Source: Verrucomicrobia bacterium UBA3624 (GTDB lineage Bacteria; Verrucomicrobiota; Kiritimatiellia; RFP12; UBA1067). Taken from it: a stretch of DNA of 64,000 nt. The translations under genes and the position numbers were made by a program. The notes beneath the pieces are model-generated. The model did no database searches. It was not told the origin of the DNA and saw nothing but the letters and a program-made list of their open reading frames with translations. The stretch lies in assembly GCA_002373695.1 (NCBI GenBank), contig DFLH01000050.1, positions 1-64,000 on the forward strand. Reading direction: 5' to 3'. Of the stretch, positions 9,396-19,538 are shown in pieces. How positions within the stretch are numbered: position 1 is the first letter of the stretch; each line of letters starts with the position of its first letter.

Positions 9396-9968
9396 TCATA
9401 TCCTCGTGAAAAGCTCGTTGAGTTTTAAGATCGACTTCACACCAGGCGACGTTTCCAGCGAACTGTTGACATCAAGCACGTCCGCACCGGTGGCCGCCGC
9501 CGCAGAAAGATTCCCGCCCCCCAAGCCGCCGGCCAGCACGGCGCGCACGCCGCGCGCGTGCGCCGCGGCGACGCGGCTCCAGTCGCTCCGCATCCCGGAA
9601 CCGCCGCCGCATGGCGCGTCAATCACCACCGCATCCCCATCGGCCCCGCCATCCAGCGACCACACCTCGAAACCTTCGCCGCGCAATGCCGAAACGTCCT
9701 CCATGGACGCGCGCCTGTGCAGCTGCACGACGTCCAGGCCGGCAGCCCGCATCGCACGCACCACTCCGGCCAATGGATGTTCTACGAAAACACCGACAGT
9801 CCGTACGCGTCCAGACAGCCTGCGGACAATGTCCGCCGCTTGTTCGACCGACACCATGCGCGGACTTTTCGCTGCGAATATGAAGCCGAGATAGTCCACC
9901 CCTGCCGCGTCTGCCGCCACGGCAAACGACGCATCGTTGATGCCGCATACTTTTATCTGCGGCCGCAT
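9396..9968 (-). CDS. trpF: N-(5-phosphoribosyl)anthranilate isomerase
   Basis: [14 protein letters not shown]...[15 protein letters not shown] is the TrpF signature. An alternative upstream ATG lies at 9989. It stops 1 nt before the trpB start. Confidence 0.8.
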   Translation of the reverse strand: MRPQIKVCGINDASFAVAADAAGVDYLGFIFAAKSPRMVSVEQAADIVRRLSGRVRTVGVFVEHPLAGVVRAMRAAGLDVVQLHRRASMEDVSALRGEGFEVWSLDGGADGDAVVIDAPCGGGSGMRSDWSRVAAAHARGVRAVLAGGLGGGNLSAAAATGADVLDVNSSLETSPGVKSILKLNELFTRI

Positions 9969-10052
9969 TCTGTAGCAATCTGCATCCATATGTGATTCTA
10001 CTTGTAGAAACAGACTGCATTATAGCACCCCGTTTCCGTGGCTGTCAACGGC

Positions 10053-10077
10053 AAAAAAAGCATGGGCGATTCCGCCC
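10053..10077 (-). terminator. Rho-independent terminator downstream of fabG
   Basis: Minus-strand hairpin GGGCGGAATCGCCC followed by a T7 run (A7 on the plus strand at 10053-10059). A second hairpin GGCGACT-N15-AGTCGCC lies at 10079-10107. Confidence 0.5.
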
Positions 10078-10108
10078 GGCGACTTTGCGGATTGCCGTGA
10101 GTCGCCCG

Positions 10109-10873
10109 TCAACCTATCATGCCGCCATTGACGGAAATGATCTGCCCTGTGATGTAATCGGCGTCAGGCCCTGCGAGGAACGCAACGCATTTCGCGATAT
10201 CGTCAGCGGTTCCAAACCGCTTGAGCGGAATCGTGTCCATGTACGCCTTCTTGACATCGTCCGGCAGCACGTCAGTCATCTTCGACTGTATGAATCCAGG
10301 CGCGACGGCATTGCAGCGCACGTTTCTGGACCCCAGCTCCTTGGCGGTGGTCTTGGTAAGCGCTATAACGCCGCCCTTCGATGCCGTATAGTTGGCCTGT
10401 CCGGCATTGCCCATGATGCCGACCACGGAAGCTATGTTGATGATGGAGCCGCCCAGCTGGGAACCGTCGGCCCCTTTGTTCCGCATCATCGGCCGCGATA
10501 CGGCACGCGTGAAGAGGAAGGTGCCTTTGAGGTTCACGTTCAGGACCGCGTCCCAATCTTCATCGCTCATGCGAATCAGAAGCCCGTCCTTCGTGATGCC
10601 TGCATTGTTCACCAGGATGTCGATCTTTCCGAACGTCTCCTGCACCTTCTTCACGCACGCGTCCACTTCGCCGGAATCGGCGACGTTCACGCCAATGGCG
10701 ATTGCCTTGCGTCCAAGCTCTTCAATCTTGCCGACCGTCTCCGCGCACCATTCGTCATTGAGGTCGCATACTGCGACATCCGCGCCTTCTGCGGCCAGCT
10801 TCCATGCTATCTGTTGCCCGATGCCTCGTGCGGCTCCAGTCACGATAGCCGTCTTTCCTTCAAGTTTGCCCAT
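10109..10873 (-). CDS. fabG: 3-oxoacyl-[ACP] reductase (SDR family)
   Basis: MGKLEGKTAIVTGAARGIGQ...NNAGITKD...YTASKGG; Rossmann TGxxxGIG and catalytic YxxxK. Confidence 0.9.
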   Translation of the reverse strand: MGKLEGKTAIVTGAARGIGQQIAWKLAAEGADVAVCDLNDEWCAETVGKIEELGRKAIAIGVNVADSGEVDACVKKVQETFGKIDILVNNAGITKDGLLIRMSDEDWDAVLNVNLKGTFLFTRAVSRPMMRNKGADGSQLGGSIINIASVVGIMGNAGQANYTASKGGVIALTKTTAKELGSRNVRCNAVAPGFIQSKMTDVLPDDVKKAYMDTIPLKRFGTADDIAKCVAFLAGPDADYITGQIISVNGGMIG

Positions 10874-10944
10874 GATCTTCCCTTCAGTGCCGCCTGTTTT
10901 TTTCCAGCCGCATTGTGGCGGAACCCCTGCGGCCGGACGGCTCT

Positions 10945-13900
10945 CTATGCCGTAATCGAAAAACGAACGGCATAGCCGTTCAGATCTACCGAATCGCCCC
11001 CGTCGGCCAGATCGTCCGCGATCTCCAGCGCCAGCGTCTCAGTGGCGATGTATTCGCGGTATGGCGCCAGCTCTGCAGCCTGCTCCCGATCCAGCGACGT
11101 ATGCAACGTGATGCGCTGCGTGACATCAAGATCCAGTTCCTTGCGTTTTGCCTGCACGTGGCTGACGAGTTCCCGCGCACGGCCTTCGGCGATCAGATCC
11201 GGGGTAAGCGCCGTCTCCAGGCCCACAACAACCGGTCCGTCCGAAGCCACAACCATGCCGGCCCTGGGGGTACGCGTCACTAGCACGTCCTCCGCCGTCA
11301 GTTCCACGCCTTCGATGGTGACGACCGGGGGTTCTGACGCCCCCGAACCCCGCCCAAGGAGCCCGGCGATGCCGGGCGCGTTTCCGGCTATGGCGGCGGC
11401 AACAGCTTTCATCTTCGGGCCGCACTTCTTGCCGAGCGTCTTGAAGTTCGCCTTGTAAGCGACATTGCACAATTCCGTCTCGTCGGCGACGAACCGCACG
11501 GCCTTGACGTTCAACTCGTCTTCTATCAGAGCTTCCAGCCCCTTCACATCGCCGCCCGCCACCTTCAGCACGGCAAGCGGCTGGCGCACCTTGAGGTCGT
11601 TGTCGGCGCGCAGGCGGCGCCCAAGCTCGACAACCGCCTGCACGTCGGCCATGCGGCGTTCCAGGCCATGGTCGCGCGCGGCGGCGTTGGCCGTCGGGAA
11701 ATCGCACAGGTGCACGGATTCCGGATCGCCGGCGCCCCGGAGATTGCGGTAGATTTCCTCGGCGATGAACGGCGTGAACGGCGCCGAGACCTTTGCCAGC
11801 TGAACGAGCACGTAGCGAAGCGTCCTGTACGCGCAGAGCTTGTCGCCGTCATTCGTAGACTTCCAGAAGCGGCGGCGGGAACGGCGGATGTACCAGTTGG
11901 TCAGATCCTCGACAAACTTCACTAACGGCCGTATCGACCTCTGCAGGTCGTAGGCGTCCATCGCCGCCGTCACGTCGGCGATCAACGTCTCCATGGACGA
12001 GACGATCCACCTGTCAAGCACGTTGTCCGATTCCGGGAAGCGTACCTCGTCGTCCGCGAACTTGTCCACGTTCGCATACGTGACGAAGAAGGAATAGGCG
12101 TTCCACCACGGTATGAGCAGATCGCGCATGAGCTGCTTGACGCCGTTTTCAGAGAACTTCAGATTCTCGGCGCGCACGACCGGCGAATAGATCATGTAGA
12201 GGCGGATCGCATCAGCCCCGTACGTGTCCAGCATCTTCGAGGGATCGGGATAGTTCTTGAGCCGTTTCGACATCTTCTTGCCGTCTTCGGCCAGGACGAG
12301 GCCGTTGACGATCACGTTCTTGTACGGACTCTTGTCGAAGAGGCACGTGCCAAGCACCATGAGCGTGTAGAACCAGCCGCGCGTCTGGTCCAGGCCCTCC
12401 GCGATAAAGTCGGCGGGGAAGAACGAGGAAACGGCTCCTTCCCCCATGTAGTGCTGTTGCGCGTAAGGCATGGAACCGCTTTCGAACCAGCAGTCGAGCA
12501 CCTCCGGCGTGCGGTGGTAGGTCTTGCCTTCCTTCTTGATCACGATCTTGTCGATGAAGTGCTTGTGGAGATCCGGGACCTTCTCGCCGGAGAGATTCTC
12601 GAGCTCTTTAACCGAACCGACGCAGATCATGTCGGAAGGATCGTCGTCGTTGATCCACACCGGTATGCAGCTACCCCAGAAACGGTTGCGGGAGATGTTC
12701 CAGTCGCGCGCCTCCTCCAGCCAGTTGCCGAAGCGCTTCTCGCCAACGTAGTCGGGCGTCCAATGGACAGTTGCATTGTTTTTCGAGAGGCGTTCGTGCA
12801 GATCCTCCACTCGCACGTACCACGCGTCGATCGCACGGTAGATGAGCGGGGTGTCGGTACGGTCGCAGAACGGATAGGAGTGTACGATCGTCGACTGGTG
12901 CACGAGCTTGCCTTCCGCCTTGAGGCGCTTGATTATGTCCTTGTCGCAGTCCTTGCAGAAGCGTCCCTTGTATTCCGGCAACGCGTCCGTGAACGCGCAG
13001 GCGTCGTCAAGCGGATCGACGAAGGCTGTCATCCCCGCCTCCCGGCAAACGCGGAAGTCGTCCTCGCCGTAGGCCGGCGCGATGTGGACCAGACCGACGC
13101 CGTCGTCTGTCGTCACGTAGTCGTCGTTCAGCACGCGGAACGCGCCTTCGGACCTTTTGTCCGCAAAGTACGGGAATATCGGTTCGTACTCCGATCCCTT
13201 CAAGGCGTCGCCTTTCCCCTCCCAGACGAGCTCGTACTGTTCCTCTTTCTTGAAGATGTGCGGCAACCGCGCCTTGGCCATGATATAGACCGGGCGCGCG
13301 TCGTCCGTGAGGTCGCGCACGGCCACGTAGTCGATGTTCGCGCCGGCGCAGATCGCCAGGTTTTCAGGCAGAGTCCATGGAGTGGTGGTCCAAATGAGGA
13401 AATAGACAGCGCTCCCCTCACTCTTCACTCTTAACTCTTCACTCTTAACTGACGTGGCGCGAACGCGACACGTCACGGTCGGATCCTGCACGTCCTTGTA
13501 GTTGCTTCCCGCCTCGAAGTTGGAGAGCGGAGTGGAGAGCTTCCACGAATATGGCATGATACGGTGGCTGCGATAGACGCGCCCCTGGTCCCACAGCTGC
13601 TTGAAGACCCACCAAACTGATTCCATGAAACCCGGTTCCATGGTCTTGTAACCATTGTCGAAATCCACCCAACGGCCCATTCGCGTGACCGTCTTGCGCC
13701 ATTCGCTCACGTAGCGCATCACCATCGAGCGGCACTGCTCGTTGAACTTGTCCACGCCGAACGCCTTGATCTCAGGCGCGCCGGCTATGCCAAGCGCGTC
13801 CTGCGCAAGCGCCTCTATCGGCAAGCCGTGCGTATCCCACCCGAAACGGCGTTCCACGTACTTTCCGCGCATCGTCTGGTATCTCGGCACGATGTCCTTG

Positions 13901-14103
13901 ATGGTTCCGGCCAGAAGATGCCCGTAGTGCGGCAGCCCCGTAGCAAACGGAGGGCCGTCGTAGAACGTGTAACGCTCCTTGCCCCTGTTGCGCTCCAGCG
14001 ACTTCTTGAAAACGTCGCTTTCCGCCCAATACTCCAGGACCTCCTCCTCCATCCGGGGGAATTGGACCTTGTTTGACACCGGCTTGAACATCTGACTCTC
14101 CAT
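10945..14103 (-). CDS. ileS: Isoleucyl-tRNA synthetase, type 2 (eukaryote-like)
   Basis: 1052 aa with HYGH (PHYGHLLAG), KMSKS (KMSKRLKNYPDP) and a WTTTPWTLP editing-domain motif. Confidence 0.95.
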   Translation of the reverse strand: MESQMFKPVSNKVQFPRMEEEVLEYWAESDVFKKSLERNRGKERYTFYDGPPFATGLPHYGHLLAGTIKDIVPRYQTMRGKYVERRFGWDTHGLPIEALAQDALGIAGAPEIKAFGVDKFNEQCRSMVMRYVSEWRKTVTRMGRWVDFDNGYKTMEPGFMESVWWVFKQLWDQGRVYRSHRIMPYSWKLSTPLSNFEAGSNYKDVQDPTVTCRVRATSVKSEELRVKSEGSAVYFLIWTTTPWTLPENLAICAGANIDYVAVRDLTDDARPVYIMAKARLPHIFKKEEQYELVWEGKGDALKGSEYEPIFPYFADKRSEGAFRVLNDDYVTTDDGVGLVHIAPAYGEDDFRVCREAGMTAFVDPLDDACAFTDALPEYKGRFCKDCDKDIIKRLKAEGKLVHQSTIVHSYPFCDRTDTPLIYRAIDAWYVRVEDLHERLSKNNATVHWTPDYVGEKRFGNWLEEARDWNISRNRFWGSCIPVWINDDDPSDMICVGSVKELENLSGEKVPDLHKHFIDKIVIKKEGKTYHRTPEVLDCWFESGSMPYAQQHYMGEGAVSSFFPADFIAEGLDQTRGWFYTLMVLGTCLFDKSPYKNVIVNGLVLAEDGKKMSKRLKNYPDPSKMLDTYGADAIRLYMIYSPVVRAENLKFSENGVKQLMRDLLIPWWNAYSFFVTYANVDKFADDEVRFPESDNVLDRWIVSSMETLIADVTAAMDAYDLQRSIRPLVKFVEDLTNWYIRRSRRRFWKSTNDGDKLCAYRTLRYVLVQLAKVSAPFTPFIAEEIYRNLRGAGDPESVHLCDFPTANAAARDHGLERRMADVQAVVELGRRLRADNDLKVRQPLAVLKVAGGDVKGLEALIEDELNVKAVRFVADETELCNVAYKANFKTLGKKCGPKMKAVAAAIAGNAPGIAGLLGRGSGASEPPVVTIEGVELTAEDVLVTRTPRAGMVVASDGPVVVGLETALTPDLIAEGRARELVSHVQAKRKELDLDVTQRITLHTSLDREQAAELAPYREYIATETLALEIADDLADGGDSVDLNGYAVRFSITA
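13423..13450 (-). repeat. 14-nt unit CTTCACTCTTAACT repeated twice in tandem (plus cactctt x2 just upstream) inside ileS; encodes SVKSEELRVKSEGS in a variable loop
   Basis: Direct reading of 13419-13450. The ileS frame is maintained through it. Confidence 0.6.
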
Positions 14104-14186
14104 GGATTCGACAAAAACGGTGACAATTATAGCAGAAAAAACGGTCGACGGGGAGGGTTAAATCTTCGCTGGAGCGTCTTTGCCGC

Positions 14187-16409
14187 CTATTTGGCGAGCA
14201 GAAGCTCCCCGGTGCCCCCGGAAAGGCGCAATGCCAGCGACGTGCGACGTTCGCGCACCGTATTCGTCTCGATGGCTTTCTTGACCGCATACATGGATCC
14301 GATCACAAGCACAAGCCTCCTGCCTCTGGTGATGGCCGTGTAGAGGAGATTGCGCTGCAGCATCATGTAGTGCTGGTTGTGAAGCAGCACTATGACCGCA
14401 GGATACTCGCTGCCCTGCGACTTGTGGATCGTGGTGGCGTACGCCAGCACGAGCTCGTCGAGATCGCCAGACCGGTATTCCACCGGCCGGCCGTCGAACA
14501 TTGCGACAAGGGCACGCGCCGACACGTCGACCGACTGCACGAAGCCGATATCGCCGTTGTACACGTCCTTGTCGTAGTTGTTCCGCAGTTGCATGACCCG
14601 GTCGCCGGCGCGGAATAGCGTCGCACCGCGTTGAATGGCCGGCCCCGAGCCGTTCAACCTCGCCTGCAGGACGGCGTTCAGGTTTTCGGAGCCCAGCAGG
14701 TTCCTGCGCATAGGGGTCAGCACCTGCACGTCCTGCATCGGTTCCATGTGGAAGTGGCGCGGAATGCGCAACGTCATGAAATCCAGCGCATAGGCCAGCG
14801 CCTTGGCGGGATCGTCCTGCGCGATGAAGTAGAAGTCGCTCTCCCCGTTGCGCGTCTCGAAAGGTTCGCCGGCGTTTACATGGTGGGCGTTGCGAACGAT
14901 GAGGCCGCTGTTGTCCTGCCTGAATATCTCGGTCAGGCGCGCTGTCGGAATCTCGCCGGAGGCGATCAGGTCGTGAAGCACGTTTCCGGGTCCCACAGAC
15001 GGCAACTGGTCCGTGTCGCCTACGAGGACAAGGGTGGCGCTGGCCGGCAGCGCGGCCACGAGGTCTGCCATCAGCCGCACGTCCACCATCGAAGTTTCGT
15101 CGAACACGAACACGTCCCCGGGCAGCGGATGGTCTTCGTTGTAGCTGAACTCGTTCGTCTGCGGGTTGTACTTCAGGAGCCTGTGCAGCGTCTGCGCGGG
15201 CGCGCCAGTGGATTCGGACATGCGTTTCGCGGCACGGCCCGTAGGCGCGCCGAGCAAGACGTGTATCGCATGTTCGCCGCCACGCGCCCGGTAGATGTCT
15301 ACCAGCGCGCGTATGATCGTCGTCTTGCCCACGCCCGGACCGCCGGTGATCAGGCTCACCTTGGAGCGGAGCGAAGTCCGCACTGCATTCAGCTGTGCGG
15401 GGGCGAGCGTGAAACCGGTACGCTTCTCCCACCAGCCGATCGCGCGTTCCGCATCTATCGCCGGAAACGACTGCGGGGCATCTAGCATCCGTCGCAGCTT
15501 CGCGGCCGTCTTGCGTTCGGCGAACCAGAGATCCTTCAAGTAGAGCCGGTCCTCTTCCTTGACCACGCGCCCGTCTGCCATCTCGGACTTGAGCGCCTCG
15601 GCCAGCACCTCCACGGAAATCCCCACCAGCTCCTGGGCGTGCAGCAGCAGGTCAGGTTCCGACGTCCAGCAATGGCCGGCCTCGTCCGCCTCCGTCTGGA
15701 GGGTATGCACGATCGCGGCACGGGCCCGGAGCGGCGAATCCTTCGGCAGGCCCACAGCCGTGGCGATCCGATCCGCCGTAGCGAAACCGATACCCCAGAT
15801 GTCGCGGCACAGGCGGTATGGGTCGGCCTTGATGATGGCGATGGAATCCGGACCGTACTTGCGATATATCTTGGCCGTCTTCGCAACCGATATGCCGTAC
15901 GTCTGGGTGAAGATCATCACTTCGCGCGTGCCGCGTTCCGCAGCCCATGATTTGCGGATCGTCGCGATACGCCCCCTGCCGATGCCGCGCACCTCCTGCA
16001 AACGGCCCGAATGGTGGTCGAGTACGTCTATCGTGTCGGCGCCGAACGCATCTACGATACGGTTGGCGTACGTGGGGCCGATCCCCTTGATGAGTCCGGA
16101 TGCCAGATAGCGGCGGATTCCCTCGACCGATTTCGGAGCGACGCAGGTGATAGTCTTCGCCTTGAACTGCCGCCCGCGCGCAGGATCGTCCACCCACATG
16201 CCCTCGGCATGAAGCATCTCCCCCTCCCAAACCGCGGCGCACGTGCCCAGGACGACGCTCTCCCTCTCGCCAAGATGGAAGCCACCATCGTTCTCGAGCG
16301 TCACGCGCAAGACGGAAAATCCCGTCTCGTCGTTGCGAAACACGACCGACTTGACCGTTCCGTCAAGCATCGTGGAAATGTTTTTCCCGTTCTGTTCCTC
16401 TATCGGCAT
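14187..16409 (-). CDS. recD2: RecD2-type SF1 ATP-dependent DNA helicase (RecD/TraA family)
   Basis: Walker A LITGGPGVGKTT. Motif II is VLVGDTDQLPSVGPG. There is an N-terminal OB/HhH region. The track ORF starts at a TTG at 16415; ATG is at 16409. Confidence 0.85.
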   Translation of the reverse strand: MPIEEQNGKNISTMLDGTVKSVVFRNDETGFSVLRVTLENDGGFHLGERESVVLGTCAAVWEGEMLHAEGMWVDDPARGRQFKAKTITCVAPKSVEGIRRYLASGLIKGIGPTYANRIVDAFGADTIDVLDHHSGRLQEVRGIGRGRIATIRKSWAAERGTREVMIFTQTYGISVAKTAKIYRKYGPDSIAIIKADPYRLCRDIWGIGFATADRIATAVGLPKDSPLRARAAIVHTLQTEADEAGHCWTSEPDLLLHAQELVGISVEVLAEALKSEMADGRVVKEEDRLYLKDLWFAERKTAAKLRRMLDAPQSFPAIDAERAIGWWEKRTGFTLAPAQLNAVRTSLRSKVSLITGGPGVGKTTIIRALVDIYRARGGEHAIHVLLGAPTGRAAKRMSESTGAPAQTLHRLLKYNPQTNEFSYNEDHPLPGDVFVFDETSMVDVRLMADLVAALPASATLVLVGDTDQLPSVGPGNVLHDLIASGEIPTARLTEIFRQDNSGLIVRNAHHVNAGEPFETRNGESDFYFIAQDDPAKALAYALDFMTLRIPRHFHMEPMQDVQVLTPMRRNLLGSENLNAVLQARLNGSGPAIQRGATLFRAGDRVMQLRNNYDKDVYNGDIGFVQSVDVSARALVAMFDGRPVEYRSGDLDELVLAYATTIHKSQGSEYPAVIVLLHNQHYMMLQRNLLYTAITRGRRLVLVIGSMYAVKKAIETNTVRERRTSLALRLSGGTGELLLAK

Positions 16410-16466
16410 ACGCAAATTCCGCGACCGCTAGTATAACATAATTCCGCACGGCAGCCGCCAGACATA

Positions 16467-16475
16467 TGGTATAAT
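16467..16475 (+). promoter_or_regulatory. Extended -10 element TGgTATAAT 14 nt upstream of the ATG at 16490, giving a very short leader
   Basis: TG at 16467-16468; TATAAT at 16470-16475. It lies in the divergent region between recD2 and the 16490 ORF. Confidence 0.4.
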
Positions 16476-16489
16476 GGCCGCACGACACG

Positions 16490-17830
16490 ATGAAAGAAAC
16501 CCGTACATTCCCGGCGGCACGGAAGCGGCGCATATGGCCGTGGATTCTGGCAGGCGTCGTCTTGCTGGCGGTTGTCGCCATGGCGACCCTCGTCCCGGCC
16601 ATTGCCGTATCCATCAACTATCCCACACTGACATTCGACATGTCGCCATATCTCGAAGGAACCGCAGGCGAACTCGTCAGCAACAAGACGGCCATCGTGG
16701 ATTTCGGATTTGCGAGGGGCGCGGAAGGCGGCTATGTCATGCATGCGACAGGAAAGCTGCTCGACTGGCCGTTCACCGCCCGTGTCAACGTGCAGCCGTC
16801 ATTCCATTTTTTCGGAGTCCGCGCCTCAGGCGATGCATCCTTCCGGCTGGACGACACTCCGTGGCGGGTCTCGGCCGTTTTTTCCGCGTCATCCTCGGGC
16901 GAATGGAAGGTCGATGCCGCCATGGACGAGACCGAGGTGCGCGAAAGCGACCCTGTCATAGGCCAGCTGATATCCCGGCTGAAGACGTCTGCCGTGTCCA
17001 ACATCACGTTCAACGGCGCTATATCTCTGGACGCCCACGCAGAGAGGACGAAAGAATTTCCCGTGCCTCGCTGGTCCGCCAGCTGTTCCGTCAATGGACT
17101 GGACGTCTCCTGCATCGCCGGCGACCGGCAGATGACGGTGGACGGTTTCCGGCTGCAGGCGGGAGCATCTGGAATCGCAGGCCACTGCGACATAAAGCCA
17201 TTGTTCCCCCGGATCAATTGCGTCACCGCCGCGGGATTCACCTTTTCCAACGTGTTCGCGAGCGTACGGGCAACCGAACGGGCCTTTCTGGTCACGGAGG
17301 CAGGCGCGAAATTCTGCGGCGGCGACTTGAAGATGTATTCCCTTTTCCTCGACCCCGAACGCCTGAATGCAGGCGTCACGCTTTTCGTAGACGGCATCAA
17401 CGCCGGCATGGCGCTCAAGCACTTGAGCGGCTTTCGCGGCGAGGCGTCCGGCAGACTCTACGGCAAGCTGCCGATCCACATGAAAGGGGGACGCGAGCTG
17501 CGGCTGCGCACGGCATATCTGTATTCCGTCCCCGGCGAAACCGGCAACCTGCGAGTATACGACCCGGCGCCGATCCTTGACAATCTTGCGGCAGGCGGCG
17601 TACCTCACGAGACTTGCGACAACCTGTCGAAAGCCCTTGCAGACCTGACCTACGACGTGCTGAAAATATCGTTGCAGCCAGACGAGGATGGCGGGCTCGC
17701 GCTGACCCTCAAGCTCGCCGGCAAATCCACCTACAACAGCGTGACCGTTCCCATATCGCTGGAGGTCACCTTCCACGGCGACCTGGAACAGCTCGTCAAC
17801 ACCGGTTTCAAGACCATCAACCGAAGATAG
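16490..17830 (+). CDS. Hypothetical membrane-anchored protein (N-terminal TM, ~420-aa periplasmic beta-rich domain); possibly AsmA/YdbH-like
   Basis: MKETRTFPAARKRRIWPWILAGVVLLAVVAMATLV is a TM anchor. No recognisable catalytic motif. It is followed by a small lipoprotein gene 12 nt downstream. Confidence 0.5.
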   Translation: MKETRTFPAARKRRIWPWILAGVVLLAVVAMATLVPAIAVSINYPTLTFDMSPYLEGTAGELVSNKTAIVDFGFARGAEGGYVMHATGKLLDWPFTARVNVQPSFHFFGVRASGDASFRLDDTPWRVSAVFSASSSGEWKVDAAMDETEVRESDPVIGQLISRLKTSAVSNITFNGAISLDAHAERTKEFPVPRWSASCSVNGLDVSCIAGDRQMTVDGFRLQAGASGIAGHCDIKPLFPRINCVTAAGFTFSNVFASVRATERAFLVTEAGAKFCGGDLKMYSLFLDPERLNAGVTLFVDGINAGMALKHLSGFRGEASGRLYGKLPIHMKGGRELRLRTAYLYSVPGETGNLRVYDPAPILDNLAAGGVPHETCDNLSKALADLTYDVLKISLQPDEDGGLALTLKLAGKSTYNSVTVPISLEVTFHGDLEQLVNTGFKTINRR

Positions 17831-17841
17831 GGAGAAGTACC

Positions 17842-18288
17842 ATGAAAACTACAGGCTACATCGCGATTCTCGCAGCATGCTGCGCCACGGGATGCATACT
17901 GAAGACCGAAAGCGAAATCAAGCCCATCCATATCACGATGGACGTGAACCTCAAGGTCGACAAGGCGCTGGACAAGGCGTTCGCGGACGAGAACCAGCAG
18001 AAACCGCAGGGCGATTTCGCCGTGATCAAGGCGATGCTCGACCGTCAGGCCGCCGGCATAACAAACCGCGCCATGCTGGAAGCCCGAGACAAGGCGACAG
18101 ACGCCGACCATCTGGCGATCGCAGAATCGAACGCACGCCGGCTGAAACGATTCAGCGACGTGGCACGAGCCAACGGAACCGCCCTTGAAAACGTTCAGCG
18201 CATACATGCCGCCAAATGGCGCGAGAAAGTCCCCTCAGGGTCCGGCGTGTGGTATCAGGACGATTCCGGGAAGTGGATGCAGAAGTAG
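17842..18288 (+). CDS. Small lipoprotein, YdbL/DUF1318-like (tentative)
   Basis: GGAGAAG RBS then ATG at 17842. MKTTGYIAILAACC has a lipobox (LAAC). The C-terminus GVWYQDDSGKWMQK resembles the DUF1318 C-terminal motif. The track ORF start at 17614 is a spurious in-frame extension into the upstream gene. Confidence 0.5.
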   Translation: MKTTGYIAILAACCATGCILKTESEIKPIHITMDVNLKVDKALDKAFADENQQKPQGDFAVIKAMLDRQAAGITNRAMLEARDKATDADHLAIAESNARRLKRFSDVARANGTALENVQRIHAAKWREKVPSGSGVWYQDDSGKWMQK

Positions 18289-18295
18289 CAGCCGT

Positions 18296-19519
18296 CTACT
18301 TGGCAAGTACGGCCAGCTTCCAGAACCGGACGAGCGCTTCAAGGAAGTAATAGTCGCCGTAGTTGAGCGGGACGTCCACCTCGCTGCGTCCTGGCTTGTG
18401 TCCGACGCCGTGCTTCAGCAGGAAATTGCCATTCTCGCCGACTGCGGCGAAATAGGCCGGCGAAGTCAACGCCAAGAGCGAACGGACGGCGAAATTCCTG
18501 TAGGCGCGCCCCTTTTCGGCAGGCGCCAGAGTTGAGAGTTCCAGGAACGCGCTGGCAAAGATGGCGGCGGCGGACGTATCCCTCTCCTCGTCGGGGATTC
18601 CTGCAGCCTTGAAGTCCCAGTACGTCACCTTGTCCGCAGGCATGTTCGGCTCGTTCAGAACGTAATCGGCGCAACGCATGGCTCGCGAGAGGTAGGCCTC
18701 GTCTCCCGTTTCGCGGTACATCATGGCAAAGCCGTACACCGCCCACGACTGGCCGCGGGCCCACGTACCGTCCGCCGAGGCGCCCTGCCCCGCACGGTAG
18801 GAGAATATCTTTCCATTGTCAGGATTGTAGTCGAGGATGTGGTAAGCGCTGGAGTCGTCCCTGAAATGGTGCAGGTTCGTCTTGTCCGCATGCGACTTCG
18901 CCACAGCCTTGAATTTCGGATCGCCGCCGTTCTTGGCGGCCCATTCCAGAAGTTCGAGATTCATCATGTTGTCAACTATCACGAGAAAATGGTCGGCGTA
19001 CATCGCCCCCTTCCCCTTCCCGTTGTTCCACGAACGGATCAGTCCAAGCTTTTCGTCGTAGCGCGACACGAGCGCGGCCGCCCCGTCAAGCAGGATCCCC
19101 TTGTATTCGGGTTTGGGCGCAAGACGCAAGGCGTTGCCCACGCTTGTCATCAGCATAAACCCGATGTCGTGGTTTCCGGTGTAGTTGCGCACCTGATCCT
19201 GGATGGCGGTGAACTTCTCGGCGGCGGACTTGACATCCTCCGCCTTCGTGTATTCGTAGAGATACCACAACGACCCAGGGAAGAAACCGCTGCACCAGTC
19301 GGTTGGCTTGACGGTAACGAGCTTGCCGTCCTGCCAGCGCTTCGGAAAGCAGTTCTCCCTCCCGTCCATCCGCTTCACCAGTCCGCGATACTGGTCGGCG
19401 GCCTGCGCGAAGACAGCCGGAAGCCTGGCCGCCAGCGCCGCCTCGTCGGCGGAAACGGGGGCTGCTGGCAGCATTGCCGAAGTGGCGGCGGCAACAGCCG
19501 CAATCGTGAAACGTTTCAT
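18296..19519 (-). CDS. GH88/GH105-family unsaturated glycuronyl hydrolase, secreted
   Basis: Signal peptide MKRFTIAAVAAATSAMLPAAP after an AAGGAG RBS. RGQSWAVYGFAMMYRETGD and the (alpha/alpha)6 hydrolase pattern are typical of GH88/105. Confidence 0.7.
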   Translation of the reverse strand: MKRFTIAAVAAATSAMLPAAPVSADEAALAARLPAVFAQAADQYRGLVKRMDGRENCFPKRWQDGKLVTVKPTDWCSGFFPGSLWYLYEYTKAEDVKSAAEKFTAIQDQVRNYTGNHDIGFMLMTSVGNALRLAPKPEYKGILLDGAAALVSRYDEKLGLIRSWNNGKGKGAMYADHFLVIVDNMMNLELLEWAAKNGGDPKFKAVAKSHADKTNLHHFRDDSSAYHILDYNPDNGKIFSYRAGQGASADGTWARGQSWAVYGFAMMYRETGDEAYLSRAMRCADYVLNEPNMPADKVTYWDFKAAGIPDEERDTSAAAIFASAFLELSTLAPAEKGRAYRNFAVRSLLALTSPAYFAAVGENGNFLLKHGVGHKPGRSEVDVPLNYGDYYFLEALVRFWKLAVLAK

Positions 19520-19538
19520 TGCGAATCTCCTTTTGCCC

